Sequence record: NC_048799.1
Source of the DNA: Escherichia phage Mangalitsa
DNA length: 52,329 bases
Reading direction: 5' to 3' (one strand)
The position numbers and the translations under genes were made by a program. Shown here piece by piece: positions 26,168 through 36,040 of the stretch. Positions within the stretch are counted from its first letter, which is position 1, and every line of letters begins with the position of its first letter. Below the pieces are notes generated by a model. That model made no database searches, had not been told where the DNA came from, and saw only the letters and a list, made by a program, of their open reading frames with translations.

Positions 26168-26194
26168 GGAGGCTATCTGGCCTCCTATCTTATT
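26168..26194 (+). terminator. candidate intrinsic terminator
   Basis: GGAGGC / GCCTCC stem with 6-nt loop, followed by TATCTTATT. Confidence 0.4.
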
Positions 26195-26205
26195 CGGAGT
26201 CGCTT

Positions 26206-26391
26206 ATGCGCACAATACAATGTCCCAACTGTCATTATGAAATTGCTGAAGATGATTTCATAACGCAACAATGTCCTATCTGTGATTCATACATGCCGCT
26301 AAACCGCCTATACTTAAAGGCTGATTCTGGTTTGGGCAGCATCATTCGCATTAATCCCGTGCAAACTTTGCCATTAGTGGATTGTGATTAA
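26206..26391 (+). CDS. hypothetical zinc-ribbon protein (61 aa)
   Basis: CPNC ... CPIC pairs. Confidence 0.45.
   Translation: MRTIQCPNCHYEIAEDDFITQQCPICDSYMPLNRLYLKADSGLGSIIRINPVQTLPLVDCD
26372..26390 (+). promoter_or_regulatory. phage-RNAP-type promoter, variant class (CATTAGTGGATTGTGATTA), upstream of terminase
   Basis: 17 of 19 positions identical to the copy at 132; overlaps the end of the zinc-ribbon gene. Confidence 0.5.
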
Positions 26392-26410
26392 AACCAAAGA
26401 GAACGAATCA

Positions 26411-28429
26411 ATGTCAAAGACTGATGACCTCGGACCAGAGTTTAACGATACAGTTGCCAGCTATCTCGTTAAGAACTATGGTGACGTTTTAAAAGTCTCA
26501 AGAGAGAGATTCTGTATTCTATCTTTGCCATTGCTCCGTCGATATATTTCAGAAAATACTGCAATAGTTGACAGCTATGAAGAACAAATTCAAGCAGAGT
26601 TAGAAGGCCAGGGTCTGGAAAACGATGCGGTTCTTCGTTCCGTTTTCAAAGCACAACTTGAGCGTCTTCGCTCTGGCGATAAGAAAGACTCAACTGCCTA
26701 TGCAGACGAGTTGAAGAAAGGTATCCAAGCAGGTGTTACTGACCGTGTTGCAGGTTCCACTTTAGAGGAGCCAAACGCTGAACACGATAACACCGAAGAA
26801 CTTGTAGACAAGATTCTGCATGACCCACATAACGTGGACCCAACTGTAATCCCTGCCAAGGTTGCAGAACGTGTTCGCAAAATCTTGATGAAGAGTTTCG
26901 AAGCCTTTGGTAAGTGGCAGTTCCACATTCAGATGGGATTCCCATTCCAGGCACAAGACTTTCACGATGTAATATTCAGTGTTGGTCAGAAGGTTGTTGA
27001 TGGCGAGATTGACCGCTTAATAGTTACCATTCCTCCACGACACTCTAAGACTCAGCTTATGAGTATTGCATTGCCCTTGTATTCATTTTGCCACAATGAA
27101 TCAAGCCATAACATTATCACCTCGTATGCAGAAGACGTTGTTCTTGAATCAAGTGGTTACATCCGTGCAGTAATGATGGACCCACTATTCCAACGCATAT
27201 TCCCGAAGGTGAGAATAGACCCGAACAAACGTTCTCTTGAGCGTTGGGGTACGACCAAAGCTGGCGTAATGCACGCTGTTCCTACTGGTGGTAAGCTAAC
27301 TGGTAAGGGTGCTGGCCTGTTGGTTGCAAACTATTCCGGCTGCTTTGTGGTCGATGACGTAATCAAGCCTAAAGATGCCTATTCAGACACAGTTCGAGCG
27401 GAGATTAACGACCGATTCGATAACACCTTTATGTCCCGTCTTGCAAATGATGGTTGCATAACCGACTCTCGTGGCAATCAAATCAAGTGTGCTCGTACAC
27501 CAATGGTTATCATTATGCAGAGGGTGCATGACCAAGATTTAGTTGGATATATACTTCGTGGTGGCTCGTCTGATAAGTACCATTACCTAAACATCCCAGC
27601 CATTATTGAGAAAGGTGTGGGAAGTGCTGAATGGTATGACAAGTTAATTAAGAAGCAGAACTACACTCATGCTATTCCGATTCTTTACAATTTGAACAGG
27701 AAGGAAGAGAAGTCTGCATTGTGGCCTTCACGTAAGAGTTTAGATTCTCTGGAGGCAATGAAAGAGTCCAACCCATATACATACAATTCACAGTATGCTG
27801 GCGACCCATCTGCACAAGGCCATGGCCTCGTTAAAGAAGATTGGTGGCAGGAATATGAACCGGATGCTTTCGACAGAAGTCGCATAGTTAGAAGTTTTAT
27901 CACTGCTGATACGGCATCAACTGCCAAGTCATATTCTGACTATTCGGTCCTGAAGCATTGGGGCGTGACTAAAGAGCGAGATGTCTATTGTTTAGATATC
28001 ATGCTTGGTAAGTTTGAAACTCCAGAACTCAAGACTGCTATCATCGACTTCTGGAACAAATGCAACAAGTTGGACTTGAAAGCTGTAGGCTGTATTCCTC
28101 GTGCATTGTACATGGAAGACAAGTCTGCTGGACAATTCTTGAACCAACAATTTATTAGAGATGGGAGTGTCCGAGTCTTACCTCTGCCCCGTGATGGTGT
28201 GAATGGTAACGACAAGGTAACTCGATTCCTTAACGCAATCCCATATTTCTCACAAAAGAGAATATTCTTCCCTGCTGGTCATGAACACATCGACCACGTT
28301 AGACGTGAAATACTTGGATTCACTTCTTTGGGTAGCGGTACTGGACACGACGATTGTGTCGATAACGTCTCAGATATGGTTGCAATCGAATTCTCCGGCC
28401 CAAGTGCCAACTACTCGGCATGGATGTAA
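26411..28429 (+). CDS. terminase large subunit
   Basis: Large ORF immediately upstream of portal; ATPase-like segment DRLIVTIPPRHSKTQ and acidic C-terminal nuclease-like region; start ATG 26411 or GTG 26384. Confidence 0.65.
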   Translation: MSKTDDLGPEFNDTVASYLVKNYGDVLKVSRERFCILSLPLLRRYISENTAIVDSYEEQIQAELEGQGLENDAVLRSVFKAQLERLRSGDKKDSTAYADELKKGIQAGVTDRVAGSTLEEPNAEHDNTEELVDKILHDPHNVDPTVIPAKVAERVRKILMKSFEAFGKWQFHIQMGFPFQAQDFHDVIFSVGQKVVDGEIDRLIVTIPPRHSKTQLMSIALPLYSFCHNESSHNIITSYAEDVVLESSGYIRAVMMDPLFQRIFPKVRIDPNKRSLERWGTTKAGVMHAVPTGGKLTGKGAGLLVANYSGCFVVDDVIKPKDAYSDTVRAEINDRFDNTFMSRLANDGCITDSRGNQIKCARTPMVIIMQRVHDQDLVGYILRGGSSDKYHYLNIPAIIEKGVGSAEWYDKLIKKQNYTHAIPILYNLNRKEEKSALWPSRKSLDSLEAMKESNPYTYNSQYAGDPSAQGHGLVKEDWWQEYEPDAFDRSRIVRSFITADTASTAKSYSDYSVLKHWGVTKERDVYCLDIMLGKFETPELKTAIIDFWNKCNKLDLKAVGCIPRALYMEDKSAGQFLNQQFIRDGSVRVLPLPRDGVNGNDKVTRFLNAIPYFSQKRIFFPAGHEHIDHVRREILGFTSLGSGTGHDDCVDNVSDMVAIEFSGPSANYSAWM

Positions 28430-28430
28430 T

Positions 28431-28643
28431 ATGGCGGTTATCACTCGCTTAGATGCCCGCTCACGTAAGAACAACTCCCTCCAGATTCAAGATTTGGATG
28501 GCAACATTCTCTGCGTGGTTGAGGCTGTATCAACCGTGGAAAACGATTGTGTTAAATTGAAACACGAATCTAATCTGCGTCTCCATACCTCCGACAAGAT
28601 TCAAATTGTTAAAGGTAACGGAACAATCTTAAGGAAGAAATAA
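28431..28643 (+). CDS. hypothetical protein
   Basis: ATG right after terminase stop; ORF-track frame extends upstream inside terminase. Confidence 0.4.
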   Translation: MAVITRLDARSRKNNSLQIQDLDGNILCVVEAVSTVENDCVKLKHESNLRLHTSDKIQIVKGNGTILRKK

Positions 28644-29962
28644 TGGCTTCCAAAGATAAAAAGAACAATTTAGCCGTAAAGGTTACAGACGGCCTTGAGA
28701 ACCTTGTAACAGGTTTAGGAGGCCAAGCGGATAAGTCTACTTTTAACCAGTGGACTTTCTCAAATAAGAACGCGAACTATCGCGAACTGATGAACCGCTT
28801 CCGTGAGGATTGGGTAAGCCAGAAGGTTTGCACTGTAATACCTCAAGATATGACGCGTAAGTGGCGGCATATTGATACTGAAGAGGGACGTAAAGCGGAT
28901 AAGAAACTTCGAATCCGTAAACTGTTCCGTGAAGCATATCAATGGGCCAGGCTGTACGGGACTTCATTTGTTCTGCTCGACCTGAAAGGGACGGGCAAAC
29001 TTGATACGCCATTACGTCTGGATAACTTGAAGACTGGATGTATTAAATCCATGAGAGTTATTGACCGCTCACGCTTATTTGCCGCAGGAACTATGGTTCT
29101 GGACCCTTTGAGTCCTCACTATGGTTTGCCAGAGTATTACACTTTGGCTGGATATCCCGGCTATATCCACTACACTCGTTTTCTTCGATTCGAGGGTACT
29201 GAACTCCCACTGTTCGAATTCCAACGTAACATGTGGTACTCTGATTCGGTACTTATTCCGTTGCTGAAAACGATTGACCAGTTTTACACAACTGCCGCTG
29301 CTGCTGCCAGCCTTGCTCAAGAGGCCACAATTGATGTGGTAACTGTCGAAGGTTTACAATCTCTGCTTACATCACCGGAAGGTGAAGCTGCTGTGATGAA
29401 ACGCTTCAAACTCATGAAGCTGGCAAAAAGTATTTATAATGTTTTAATTCTCGACAACACTGAGAAATATGACACCAAATCAATTGCACTATCTGGTGTG
29501 AAGGACTTGATTTGGGAATACTTGAAGATTGTAGCTGCTGCTGTAGGTATTCCGGCAACACGTTTCCTTTCTGCATCTCCAGACGGTATGAATGCTACGG
29601 GCGAATCTGACCTCGTAAACTATATCGACTTGTTGACTGGCTTGCAAACATCTGTCTTCGACCCTCGTTTAGATGTGGTAGACAAGATTGTTCAGGCGCA
29701 CTTTGGCATTGAAGAATACGACTATGAATGGTTGGACATCTTCCCTGAATCCAATGTTGAGAAAGCGAAGCGAGCCAAAGATTTGGCATTCGCTGTTGAC
29801 CTGTTGGTTAATAACGGAACCATAACAACCGAAGTTGCAAACGATGTAATGTTCCATGCAGGAGTGTTCGGAACATGTGACCTTGGTAAGCCAAATCCCA
29901 AACCACCAAACATTCAAAAGGGTAACGCAAGTGAAGCAAAGCCAAAACCTGGTTCAGCTTAA
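28643..29962 (+). CDS. portal protein
   Basis: 439-aa ORF between terminase and scaffold/capsid genes; call is positional. Confidence 0.6.
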   Translation: MASKDKKNNLAVKVTDGLENLVTGLGGQADKSTFNQWTFSNKNANYRELMNRFREDWVSQKVCTVIPQDMTRKWRHIDTEEGRKADKKLRIRKLFREAYQWARLYGTSFVLLDLKGTGKLDTPLRLDNLKTGCIKSMRVIDRSRLFAAGTMVLDPLSPHYGLPEYYTLAGYPGYIHYTRFLRFEGTELPLFEFQRNMWYSDSVLIPLLKTIDQFYTTAAAAASLAQEATIDVVTVEGLQSLLTSPEGEAAVMKRFKLMKLAKSIYNVLILDNTEKYDTKSIALSGVKDLIWEYLKIVAAAVGIPATRFLSASPDGMNATGESDLVNYIDLLTGLQTSVFDPRLDVVDKIVQAHFGIEEYDYEWLDIFPESNVEKAKRAKDLAFAVDLLVNNGTITTEVANDVMFHAGVFGTCDLGKPNPKPPNIQKGNASEAKPKPGSA

Positions 29963-30995
29963 CGACGAAGATACCGTAAGTGAAGTTGTCCTGTTAACGG
30001 ATAAAGCCACACTTACGACTCGTCGTTTACGTGACTCTGGTGAAATGATTGCAGAATGCACCATTGCTCGTACTGGCATCATGCTGTACAAAGCAAAAGA
30101 ATTAGGTGACATTGCCAAGCATTTGGACCCAGAATCTATTTGCCGTGTTCGCACCAAGCCGGAAGTATTATTTGATGAAGCAACCATCGAAGGTTGTCGC
30201 TCAATTCCGGTAACTATCGGTCATCCGAAAGATGATGTGAACATTAAGAACAACAAAGAGTTGCAGAAAGGCTTTATCGAAGGTCGTCCAGTTGCTGACG
30301 GTTCTTTCTTGGCTGCATCAATCGTTTTAAATGACGAGCAAGCCATTCGATTAGTTGATTCTGGCGTTGACCAAATCTCTTTAGGGCACAATGCAGAACT
30401 GGCAGTAAGCCAAGATGCAGATGCAGACTTTGATAAAGTTCGCATCATTCCTAACCACGCTGCTATTGTAGTTCGTGGTCGTGCTCAAACAACTCGTATC
30501 GGCGACTCTGGTGAAGAGATTGCCATCGTAGATAAAGCCACGTTTGATGTAGTTGAAGCAGAACGTGATGCTGCAATTGACAAGGTTGCTGTACTTGAGC
30601 AGAAACTAGCAGATGCTGAATCTGCACGCCTATCCGATGAAGCTATTCAGGCTGAGGTAGACAAGCGTGTGGTTGCTCGTACTGCACTGTTAATTGATGT
30701 TGCTCGCCTGGGTGACGAATTCTCACAACTGGACTTTGCTGGAAAGACTGATGCACAAGTTAAGTTGGCTGTAGTTAATAAGTTGCATGACAAGGACTTC
30801 AGCGATAAGAGTGAAGATTATATCTCTGCTCGTTTCGATGCAGCACTTGAAGACTGCGATTCCATTACTCTGGGTGATGCCCTGAACCAGTCTATGCAGT
30901 TCTCTGCTAAGAAGGCTGCTGAAGATAGCAAACCTAAAGTATCTATTTCAGACGAAGCAAACAAACGTCGTTTAGAACGCTTCAACTCTTTATAA
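29931..30995 (+). CDS. putative capsid scaffolding protein
   Basis: Position between portal and capsid genes; Ala/Glu-rich coiled-coil C-terminal half; start uncertain (GTG 29931 with AAAGGG RBS). Confidence 0.4.
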   Translation: MKQSQNLVQLNDEDTVSEVVLLTDKATLTTRRLRDSGEMIAECTIARTGIMLYKAKELGDIAKHLDPESICRVRTKPEVLFDEATIEGCRSIPVTIGHPKDDVNIKNNKELQKGFIEGRPVADGSFLAASIVLNDEQAIRLVDSGVDQISLGHNAELAVSQDADADFDKVRIIPNHAAIVVRGRAQTTRIGDSGEEIAIVDKATFDVVEAERDAAIDKVAVLEQKLADAESARLSDEAIQAEVDKRVVARTALLIDVARLGDEFSQLDFAGKTDAQVKLAVVNKLHDKDFSDKSEDYISARFDAALEDCDSITLGDALNQSMQFSAKKAAEDSKPKVSISDEANKRRLERFNSL

Positions 30996-31004
30996 GGTAA
31001 TACA

Positions 31005-31478
31005 ATGCCAAAACAAGATTGGTCTATCAACACTGGTGCAGCTTACGCAGGTGAGCAGTACGGTCTTGCTACCACTAACTCCCAGCGTCTGACCTACAAT
31101 GCCGAAGAAGAAATGGCAAACTTTGGTCTGGCCGTTATTCAAGGTACTGCTGACAATCAGGTTAAACCTGGTATTGAATCTGATGGTACTGTTCTGGGCA
31201 TTACTATGCGCCAGATTAACATCGAATCTGCTACCCGTCCTGGTGATGGCACTGTCGCTATCAAAGCTGGCTGGCCTCTGGGCGTTATGCTGTCTGGCCC
31301 AATCATGGTCAAACTGGTAACTGCAATCACCGATAAAGACATTGGTGTATCTGCCACTGGTCAATTTGGTGGTGTTGGCGCTGGTTATACTGCCGCTACC
31401 AACCTGACTGCACTTCGTTACCCTGCTTCCGCTGGTGATGTTATTCCGGTCATGGTTAACGTAGTCCCAAAGCCGTAA
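31005..31478 (+). CDS. putative head decoration or capsid accessory protein
   Basis: 157-aa, highly expressed codon usage, directly upstream of the major capsid gene in the lambda gpD position. Confidence 0.5.
   Translation: MPKQDWSINTGAAYAGEQYGLATTNSQRLTYNAEEEMANFGLAVIQGTADNQVKPGIESDGTVLGITMRQINIESATRPGDGTVAIKAGWPLGVMLSGPIMVKLVTAITDKDIGVSATGQFGGVGAGYTAATNLTALRYPASAGDVIPVMVNVVPKP
31466..31472 (+). other. -1 programmed ribosomal frameshift slippery heptamer C-CCA-AAG
   Basis: X-XXY-YYZ heptamer two codons before the stop of 31005..31478; the -1 frame is open from here to 31771. Confidence 0.5.
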
Positions 31479-31771
31479 CGCCACCTCCAGCACCTACAGT
31501 ATCTGCTGTAGCTGCGATTGTAACTGCGGACGCATCTTCTTCTGATGCCACCGTGACTGTAGATAAGCTGTTTACATTCGGCAACTCTACAGCAACGGAT
31601 TATGATTTCGCTGTTACTCCCGCTGTGACTGGTGTTTCTGTGGCGGCAAACGGCACTGTGACTGTCCTGAACGAAACAACCACTGCCATCTCTGCGACAA
31701 TTACGGCAACGAACAAGACAACCCCTAGCGTAACTGCAACTAAAGAAATCGCTATTACGCCGAAGCCTTAA
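31472..31771 (+). CDS. -1 frame extension encoding a Pro/Ala linker plus bacterial Ig-like (Big_2-like) domain
   Basis: -1 frame reads AVTPPPAPTVSAVAAIVTADASSSDATVTVDKLFTFGNSTATDYDFAVTPAVTGVSVAANGTVTV...; the ORF-track piece 31553..31771 has only a GTG start. Confidence 0.5.
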   Translation, partial: AVTPPPAPTVSAVAAIVTADASSSDATVTVDKLFTFGNSTATDYDFAVTPAVTGVSVAANGTVTVLNETTTAISATITATNKTTPSVTATKEIAITPKP

Positions 31772-31778
31772 TTGTACT

Positions 31779-31799
31779 GGCGCAATTAATAGTTGCGCC
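31779..31799 (+). other. hairpin GGCGCAA-N7-TTGCGCC between decoration and capsid genes
   Basis: Perfect 7-bp stem, no U-tract. Confidence 0.3.
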
Positions 31800-31825
31800 T
31801 AACCAAATAAAACGGATTAAATTAC

Positions 31826-32833
31826 ATGCCAAAGATGATTAAACTGGCCGACGGTTCTGAATTCGAACTGAACGACGCCATCGCTCGTATTCAGGATTCT
31901 GGTACTGTTCCCCTGAACGACGACGACGCAGTATTCTTCCAACGTCAGCTTGAGTTCATTGAAGCTCAAACTTACGACACCCTGTATCCTGAACTGGAAG
32001 CTCGTGCAGCTTTCGGCGTAGATACGACTGGCGGCCCTGGTGTTAACACCCTGACCTACCGTTCATACAACCATGTTGGTAAAGCACAGGTAATCAACGC
32101 TCGTGCAACCGACCTGCCGAAGTCCAGCATTTCTGGTAAAGAATACAGCGTAACTGTTAAGTCAGTTGGTACTGCATTCGACTACGACATTGACGAAGTT
32201 GCCGCTGCTGCTGTAACTGGTCTGCCGCTGGAAACTCGTAAAGCAAACGCTGCTATCCGTGGTTACGAGCAGTATGTAAACTCTGCTGCATGGTACGGCG
32301 ATGCTGCTAACGGCTTCGTTGGCTTCTTCGAAAACCCAGACATCACCAAAGCAACTGTTGCTCAGGGTGCTGGCGGTTCTACCGAGTGGGCCGAGAAGAC
32401 TCCGACCGAAGTTATTGCTGACCTGACTGCTGCTGTGTCTGCAATGTATGCTTCTACTCTGAAAATCATGCGCCCGGATGAAATCTGGATGCCTGTTGAG
32501 CATGAGCAGTACATCTTCAACACTGCACGTTCTGAGCAGTCTGACAAGACGATTGGTCAGTTCTTCATTGACAACAACCAGTTCATCAACTCCCGCGATA
32601 AAATCAAGGGTCTGAACGCAATCAAAGGTCACGGCGATGCTGGTTCTGATTGCTTCGTTGTTGTTTGCCGCAATGCAATGGGCAACCGTACTTTCCGTCT
32701 GCGTGAACCTCTGCCGCTGACCTGGCAACCGGTACAGCTTCATGGCCTGATTTATGAAGTACCTGGCCGTGGTCGTTTCGCTGGCTTCCAGACTATGTAT
32801 CCGGCTGCAATCAGCATCAACTCCGGCATCTAA
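31826..32833 (+). CDS. major capsid protein (lambda gpE-like)
   Basis: 335 aa, highly expressed codon usage, GGSTEW segment as in lambda E as recalled; position after the decoration gene. Confidence 0.65.
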   Translation: MPKMIKLADGSEFELNDAIARIQDSGTVPLNDDDAVFFQRQLEFIEAQTYDTLYPELEARAAFGVDTTGGPGVNTLTYRSYNHVGKAQVINARATDLPKSSISGKEYSVTVKSVGTAFDYDIDEVAAAAVTGLPLETRKANAAIRGYEQYVNSAAWYGDAANGFVGFFENPDITKATVAQGAGGSTEWAEKTPTEVIADLTAAVSAMYASTLKIMRPDEIWMPVEHEQYIFNTARSEQSDKTIGQFFIDNNQFINSRDKIKGLNAIKGHGDAGSDCFVVVCRNAMGNRTFRLREPLPLTWQPVQLHGLIYEVPGRGRFAGFQTMYPAAISINSGI

Positions 32834-32840
32834 TAAATCA

Positions 32841-32860
32841 GGGCGGGAGCAATCTCGCCC
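32841..32860 (+). other. hairpin after the capsid gene
   Basis: GGGCGGG-AGCAAT-CTCGCCC, 7 bp with one G-U pair. Confidence 0.3.
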
Positions 32861-32881
32861 ACAACTCTAAGAGAAATATTA

Positions 32882-33322
32882 ATGCAGATTAAGAACAACG
32901 AAACACGTAACCTTCAATTCTTCTTCTACAAGAAAGACAAGGCTGGCCAGGCTGTGTTGGATTTTGTACACATTCCTGGTGGCGCTACTGTAGAACTGGA
33001 TGACTCAGTGTATAAAGCACTGACCTCTTCTGTAACTGAAGTTGAAGTAATGCGTGAAGAAGTAGTTCCGCTGGATGACTCCAACATCGGTGCTGATGTT
33101 AAGACTGGTAAAGAAGCTCTTGTAATCAAAGAGTATTACAACACTGGTGAAACTCGTAAAGTAAACCTGGTCCTCGAAGCAATCAAGAAAGGTACTCTTT
33201 CTATTGTTGAGCGTGTTAAAGTTGGTATGCCAGAAGTTGAGAAAGTTCTCGCTGCAAATGGTATTGCAACCAAAGACATGTCCGACGATGCTAAGCTGGC
33301 CCTCTACGATAAGTTGGCGTAA
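32882..33322 (+). CDS. hypothetical head/neck protein
   Basis: Position between capsid and tail genes. Confidence 0.45.
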   Translation: MQIKNNETRNLQFFFYKKDKAGQAVLDFVHIPGGATVELDDSVYKALTSSVTEVEVMREEVVPLDDSNIGADVKTGKEALVIKEYYNTGETRKVNLVLEAIKKGTLSIVERVKVGMPEVEKVLAANGIATKDMSDDAKLALYDKLA

Positions 33323-33712
33323 ATGATAACACTAACCGATTTGGTTAAGCGTTATCCGGCAATGGCTGACATGACCCAAGGCCGTTTTGATATCTTAGTT
33401 GAAGATGCAAAACTTCTAATGGGTACAATCGAATCGCGTTGGTGTGGGTTTTATGACCCTGCAATGGCATCACTGGTAGCGCATTGGTCTGCAACAATTG
33501 ATGACCTAATGCCTGGTGATGCTGCTATGCCAGCAATGCCTGTAAGTCGTACAGATGTTGACGATGTACAGGTAGAATTTAGCGACCGAATCATTTCAAC
33601 GATTCCGTATGTTGAAGCAGATTTCATGTCAACTGTCTACGGACAACGTTACATTCAATGGCGGCGTATGGCATTTGCTGGGCCGAGGGTTTCTCCTGGG
33701 TTCCAGTTTTGA
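33323..33712 (+). CDS. hypothetical head-tail joining protein
   Basis: Positional; 3' end overlaps the next ORF by 55 nt. Confidence 0.45.
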   Translation: MITLTDLVKRYPAMADMTQGRFDILVEDAKLLMGTIESRWCGFYDPAMASLVAHWSATIDDLMPGDAAMPAMPVSRTDVDDVQVEFSDRIISTIPYVEADFMSTVYGQRYIQWRRMAFAGPRVSPGFQF

Positions 33713-34071
33713 TTAACCAACGTCGAGCATTTAATCGCTACACAACAACACGAATGCTTCTCGAAGTTTATCAAGAGGGGCATTACGACGATAAGAATAA
33801 TTGGGTAGGAGATACTTTTGCACCTGCCAAACCAATCCGATGTACTCCCATACCTTACGGCGACCGTGATTCTGGGGTAAGTGGTCAAACATTGAAGGCC
33901 ACGGAAATTGGTGAACGCCAACCAGCATTCATGCAAGTACATTCCCGAACCGAAATGCCGATGAAGTCTGTGTTGATTATCTACGGCATACGCTACAAAG
34001 TTGTCTCAGTCTCTGACTATAATGCTGCTGGCTTCTATGAAGTAATTGCTGCCAAGGAGTTAGAGAAATGA
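33658..34071 (+). CDS. hypothetical head-tail joining protein
   Basis: Positional; start uncertain because of the long overlap. Confidence 0.4.
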   Translation: MAAYGICWAEGFSWVPVLINQRRAFNRYTTTRMLLEVYQEGHYDDKNNWVGDTFAPAKPIRCTPIPYGDRDSGVSGQTLKATEIGERQPAFMQVHSRTEMPMKSVLIIYGIRYKVVSVSDYNAAGFYEVIAAKELEK

Positions 34072-34580
34072 TTTATGACGACGACATTCAGGCAATGAAA
34101 GATATTGTGGATGTTTGCGTTGGCATTCCACGCTTCTCTTATGAGATGCAATTAAACGCACCTCGACCTGCTGATAACTATGCCGCAATTAAATGTGCGT
34201 CATCTGTTAATCCTGGCTTCGATGAAACTCGTATCGAAGTTCGTAATGGCGAGGAAGTATTTGTAACAAGAGGAATTCGAATACTGACTTTCTATATTCT
34301 CTTCTCGCGTCGCGGGAGTGAGTATGTGAAGTTTGATAATTCCTTCTTCCGTCCTGATGTACTGGCCGTGCTTAAGAGCAAAGGCTTTGCTGCACTGGAC
34401 AAAACCCAATTGAATCTTGCCTCGACAACACTTGAAACGAATTGGGAATTCCGTGAAGGAATCCAAATGAAATTTAATGTTCTTCGTGAAGATGTTATGC
34501 CAATCGGTACAATGTCTGATGCCAGTGTTGGCGGCATATTCTATGATGGCAACGAACCCATCCTCATAAAGGGAATCTAA
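34068..34580 (+). CDS. hypothetical tail completion protein
   Basis: Positional. Confidence 0.45.
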   Translation: MIYDDDIQAMKDIVDVCVGIPRFSYEMQLNAPRPADNYAAIKCASSVNPGFDETRIEVRNGEEVFVTRGIRILTFYILFSRRGSEYVKFDNSFFRPDVLAVLKSKGFAALDKTQLNLASTTLETNWEFREGIQMKFNVLREDVMPIGTMSDASVGGIFYDGNEPILIKGI

Positions 34581-36029
34581 ATGGCAATTCCAATTTCCGA
34601 CATCATCCAGGTAAACATCGCGGTTAGTCCGAACGCTGTTGCTGTGGAAGGTTTTGGTCCTTTACTCTTTCTCTCTAAAGAGTTTACACCGACTGCTGCT
34701 GAAGTAGTTCCTGTTCGTCAATATACGAGCATGGCTGCGGTGTCTGCTGATTTCCCGTCTGGTGAAATCTACAATGCAGCTTTGGCATGGTATTCTCAGA
34801 AACCTACTCCGAAGTATTTCTTGGTTGGTGCAATCACCCATGAAGACGTAGTTCCTGCAACTGCTGGTACTGTCACTGCTTCTACTGCTGCAAACCTGGA
34901 CGACATTAAAGATGTAACTTCTGGTGTTATCTCCATCAACATCAATGGCGTTGATATGCACACTGACGCTATCAACTTCTCTACCGTAACAGACTTCGCT
35001 GGTGCTGCTGCTACAATGACTGCTGCATTTGTAACTGCTAATATCCCGGCAACCGTCTCTCAGACCACTGGTGTGTTTAAAATCACTACCAACCTGACTG
35101 GTGACACTGCTGTTATCGGTGATGTTTACGGTACTGCTGCAAGTGCTTTCAAGCTGGATGCAAACTCAAGTCCTGTATTTGTCCAGGGCAACGATGAACA
35201 GTCTATCGGCTCTGACTTGTCTGCAATCCTGAACTCCACTTACAACTTCTTCTTCGTTGCGATTGACCGTGAGTATCGTGGTGGCGCTGCTGGTGATAAC
35301 CAGATGACTGTTGCTAAGTGGGCAGAAGCAAACGAGAAAGTATTTGGCTGGGCAGACTCTGACCCTCAGATTCTGGTTGTTGGTGCTGAATCTAGCTTCA
35401 AGCGTGCCAAAGAACAGAACCTCCAGCGTACTTTGCTGGTGTATGATGCGTCTGATAATGGCGACGAATATCCAGAAATCTCTATCCTGGGTCGTGCATC
35501 AACTGTCAACTTCAACGTTGCAAACTCTGCGCTTGTTCTGGCATTCAAACAAGGTCCGGCTATCAAGACTGCTGACCTGTCTCCGAACCAGCTTGCTGCT
35601 CTCGAACGTGTAAATGGTAACGCATTCATCAACGTTGGTGGGAACACTATGTTCTACAACGGCAAGATGGCTGACGGTACTTGGTTCGATACTGTTCAGG
35701 GTGTGTCTTGGTTAACCTCCAAGATTCGCGCGAACGTGTTCAACCTGTTCTACACTTCCACTACCAAGATTCCTTGGACGGACACTGGCGTTGCTCTGGT
35801 CAACCAGCAAGTAACTCTGGCACTGGAACTGGCTGTAACCAATGGCTTAATCGCTCCAGGTTATGACAACGAAGGAACCTTCTACGCAGATGGTTATAAA
35901 GTATTGTCTACCGACTTGGCACTGATGCAGTCGCAGAAAGGTGCTCGAATCTGGGAAGGTACTTCCTTCATTGCAATTGGCTCTGGCGCATTGCAGGGTG
36001 CAGTTATCTCCGGCAACTTCGTTCAGTAA
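34581..36029 (+). CDS. putative contractile tail sheath protein
   Basis: 482-aa ORF directly upstream of a 151-aa tube-sized ORF, chaperone pair and tape measure; highly expressed codon usage. Confidence 0.45.
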   Translation: MAIPISDIIQVNIAVSPNAVAVEGFGPLLFLSKEFTPTAAEVVPVRQYTSMAAVSADFPSGEIYNAALAWYSQKPTPKYFLVGAITHEDVVPATAGTVTASTAANLDDIKDVTSGVISININGVDMHTDAINFSTVTDFAGAAATMTAAFVTANIPATVSQTTGVFKITTNLTGDTAVIGDVYGTAASAFKLDANSSPVFVQGNDEQSIGSDLSAILNSTYNFFFVAIDREYRGGAAGDNQMTVAKWAEANEKVFGWADSDPQILVVGAESSFKRAKEQNLQRTLLVYDASDNGDEYPEISILGRASTVNFNVANSALVLAFKQGPAIKTADLSPNQLAALERVNGNAFINVGGNTMFYNGKMADGTWFDTVQGVSWLTSKIRANVFNLFYTSTTKIPWTDTGVALVNQQVTLALELAVTNGLIAPGYDNEGTFYADGYKVLSTDLALMQSQKGARIWEGTSFIAIGSGALQGAVISGNFVQ

Positions 36030-36040
36030 GGGTGCGATAA

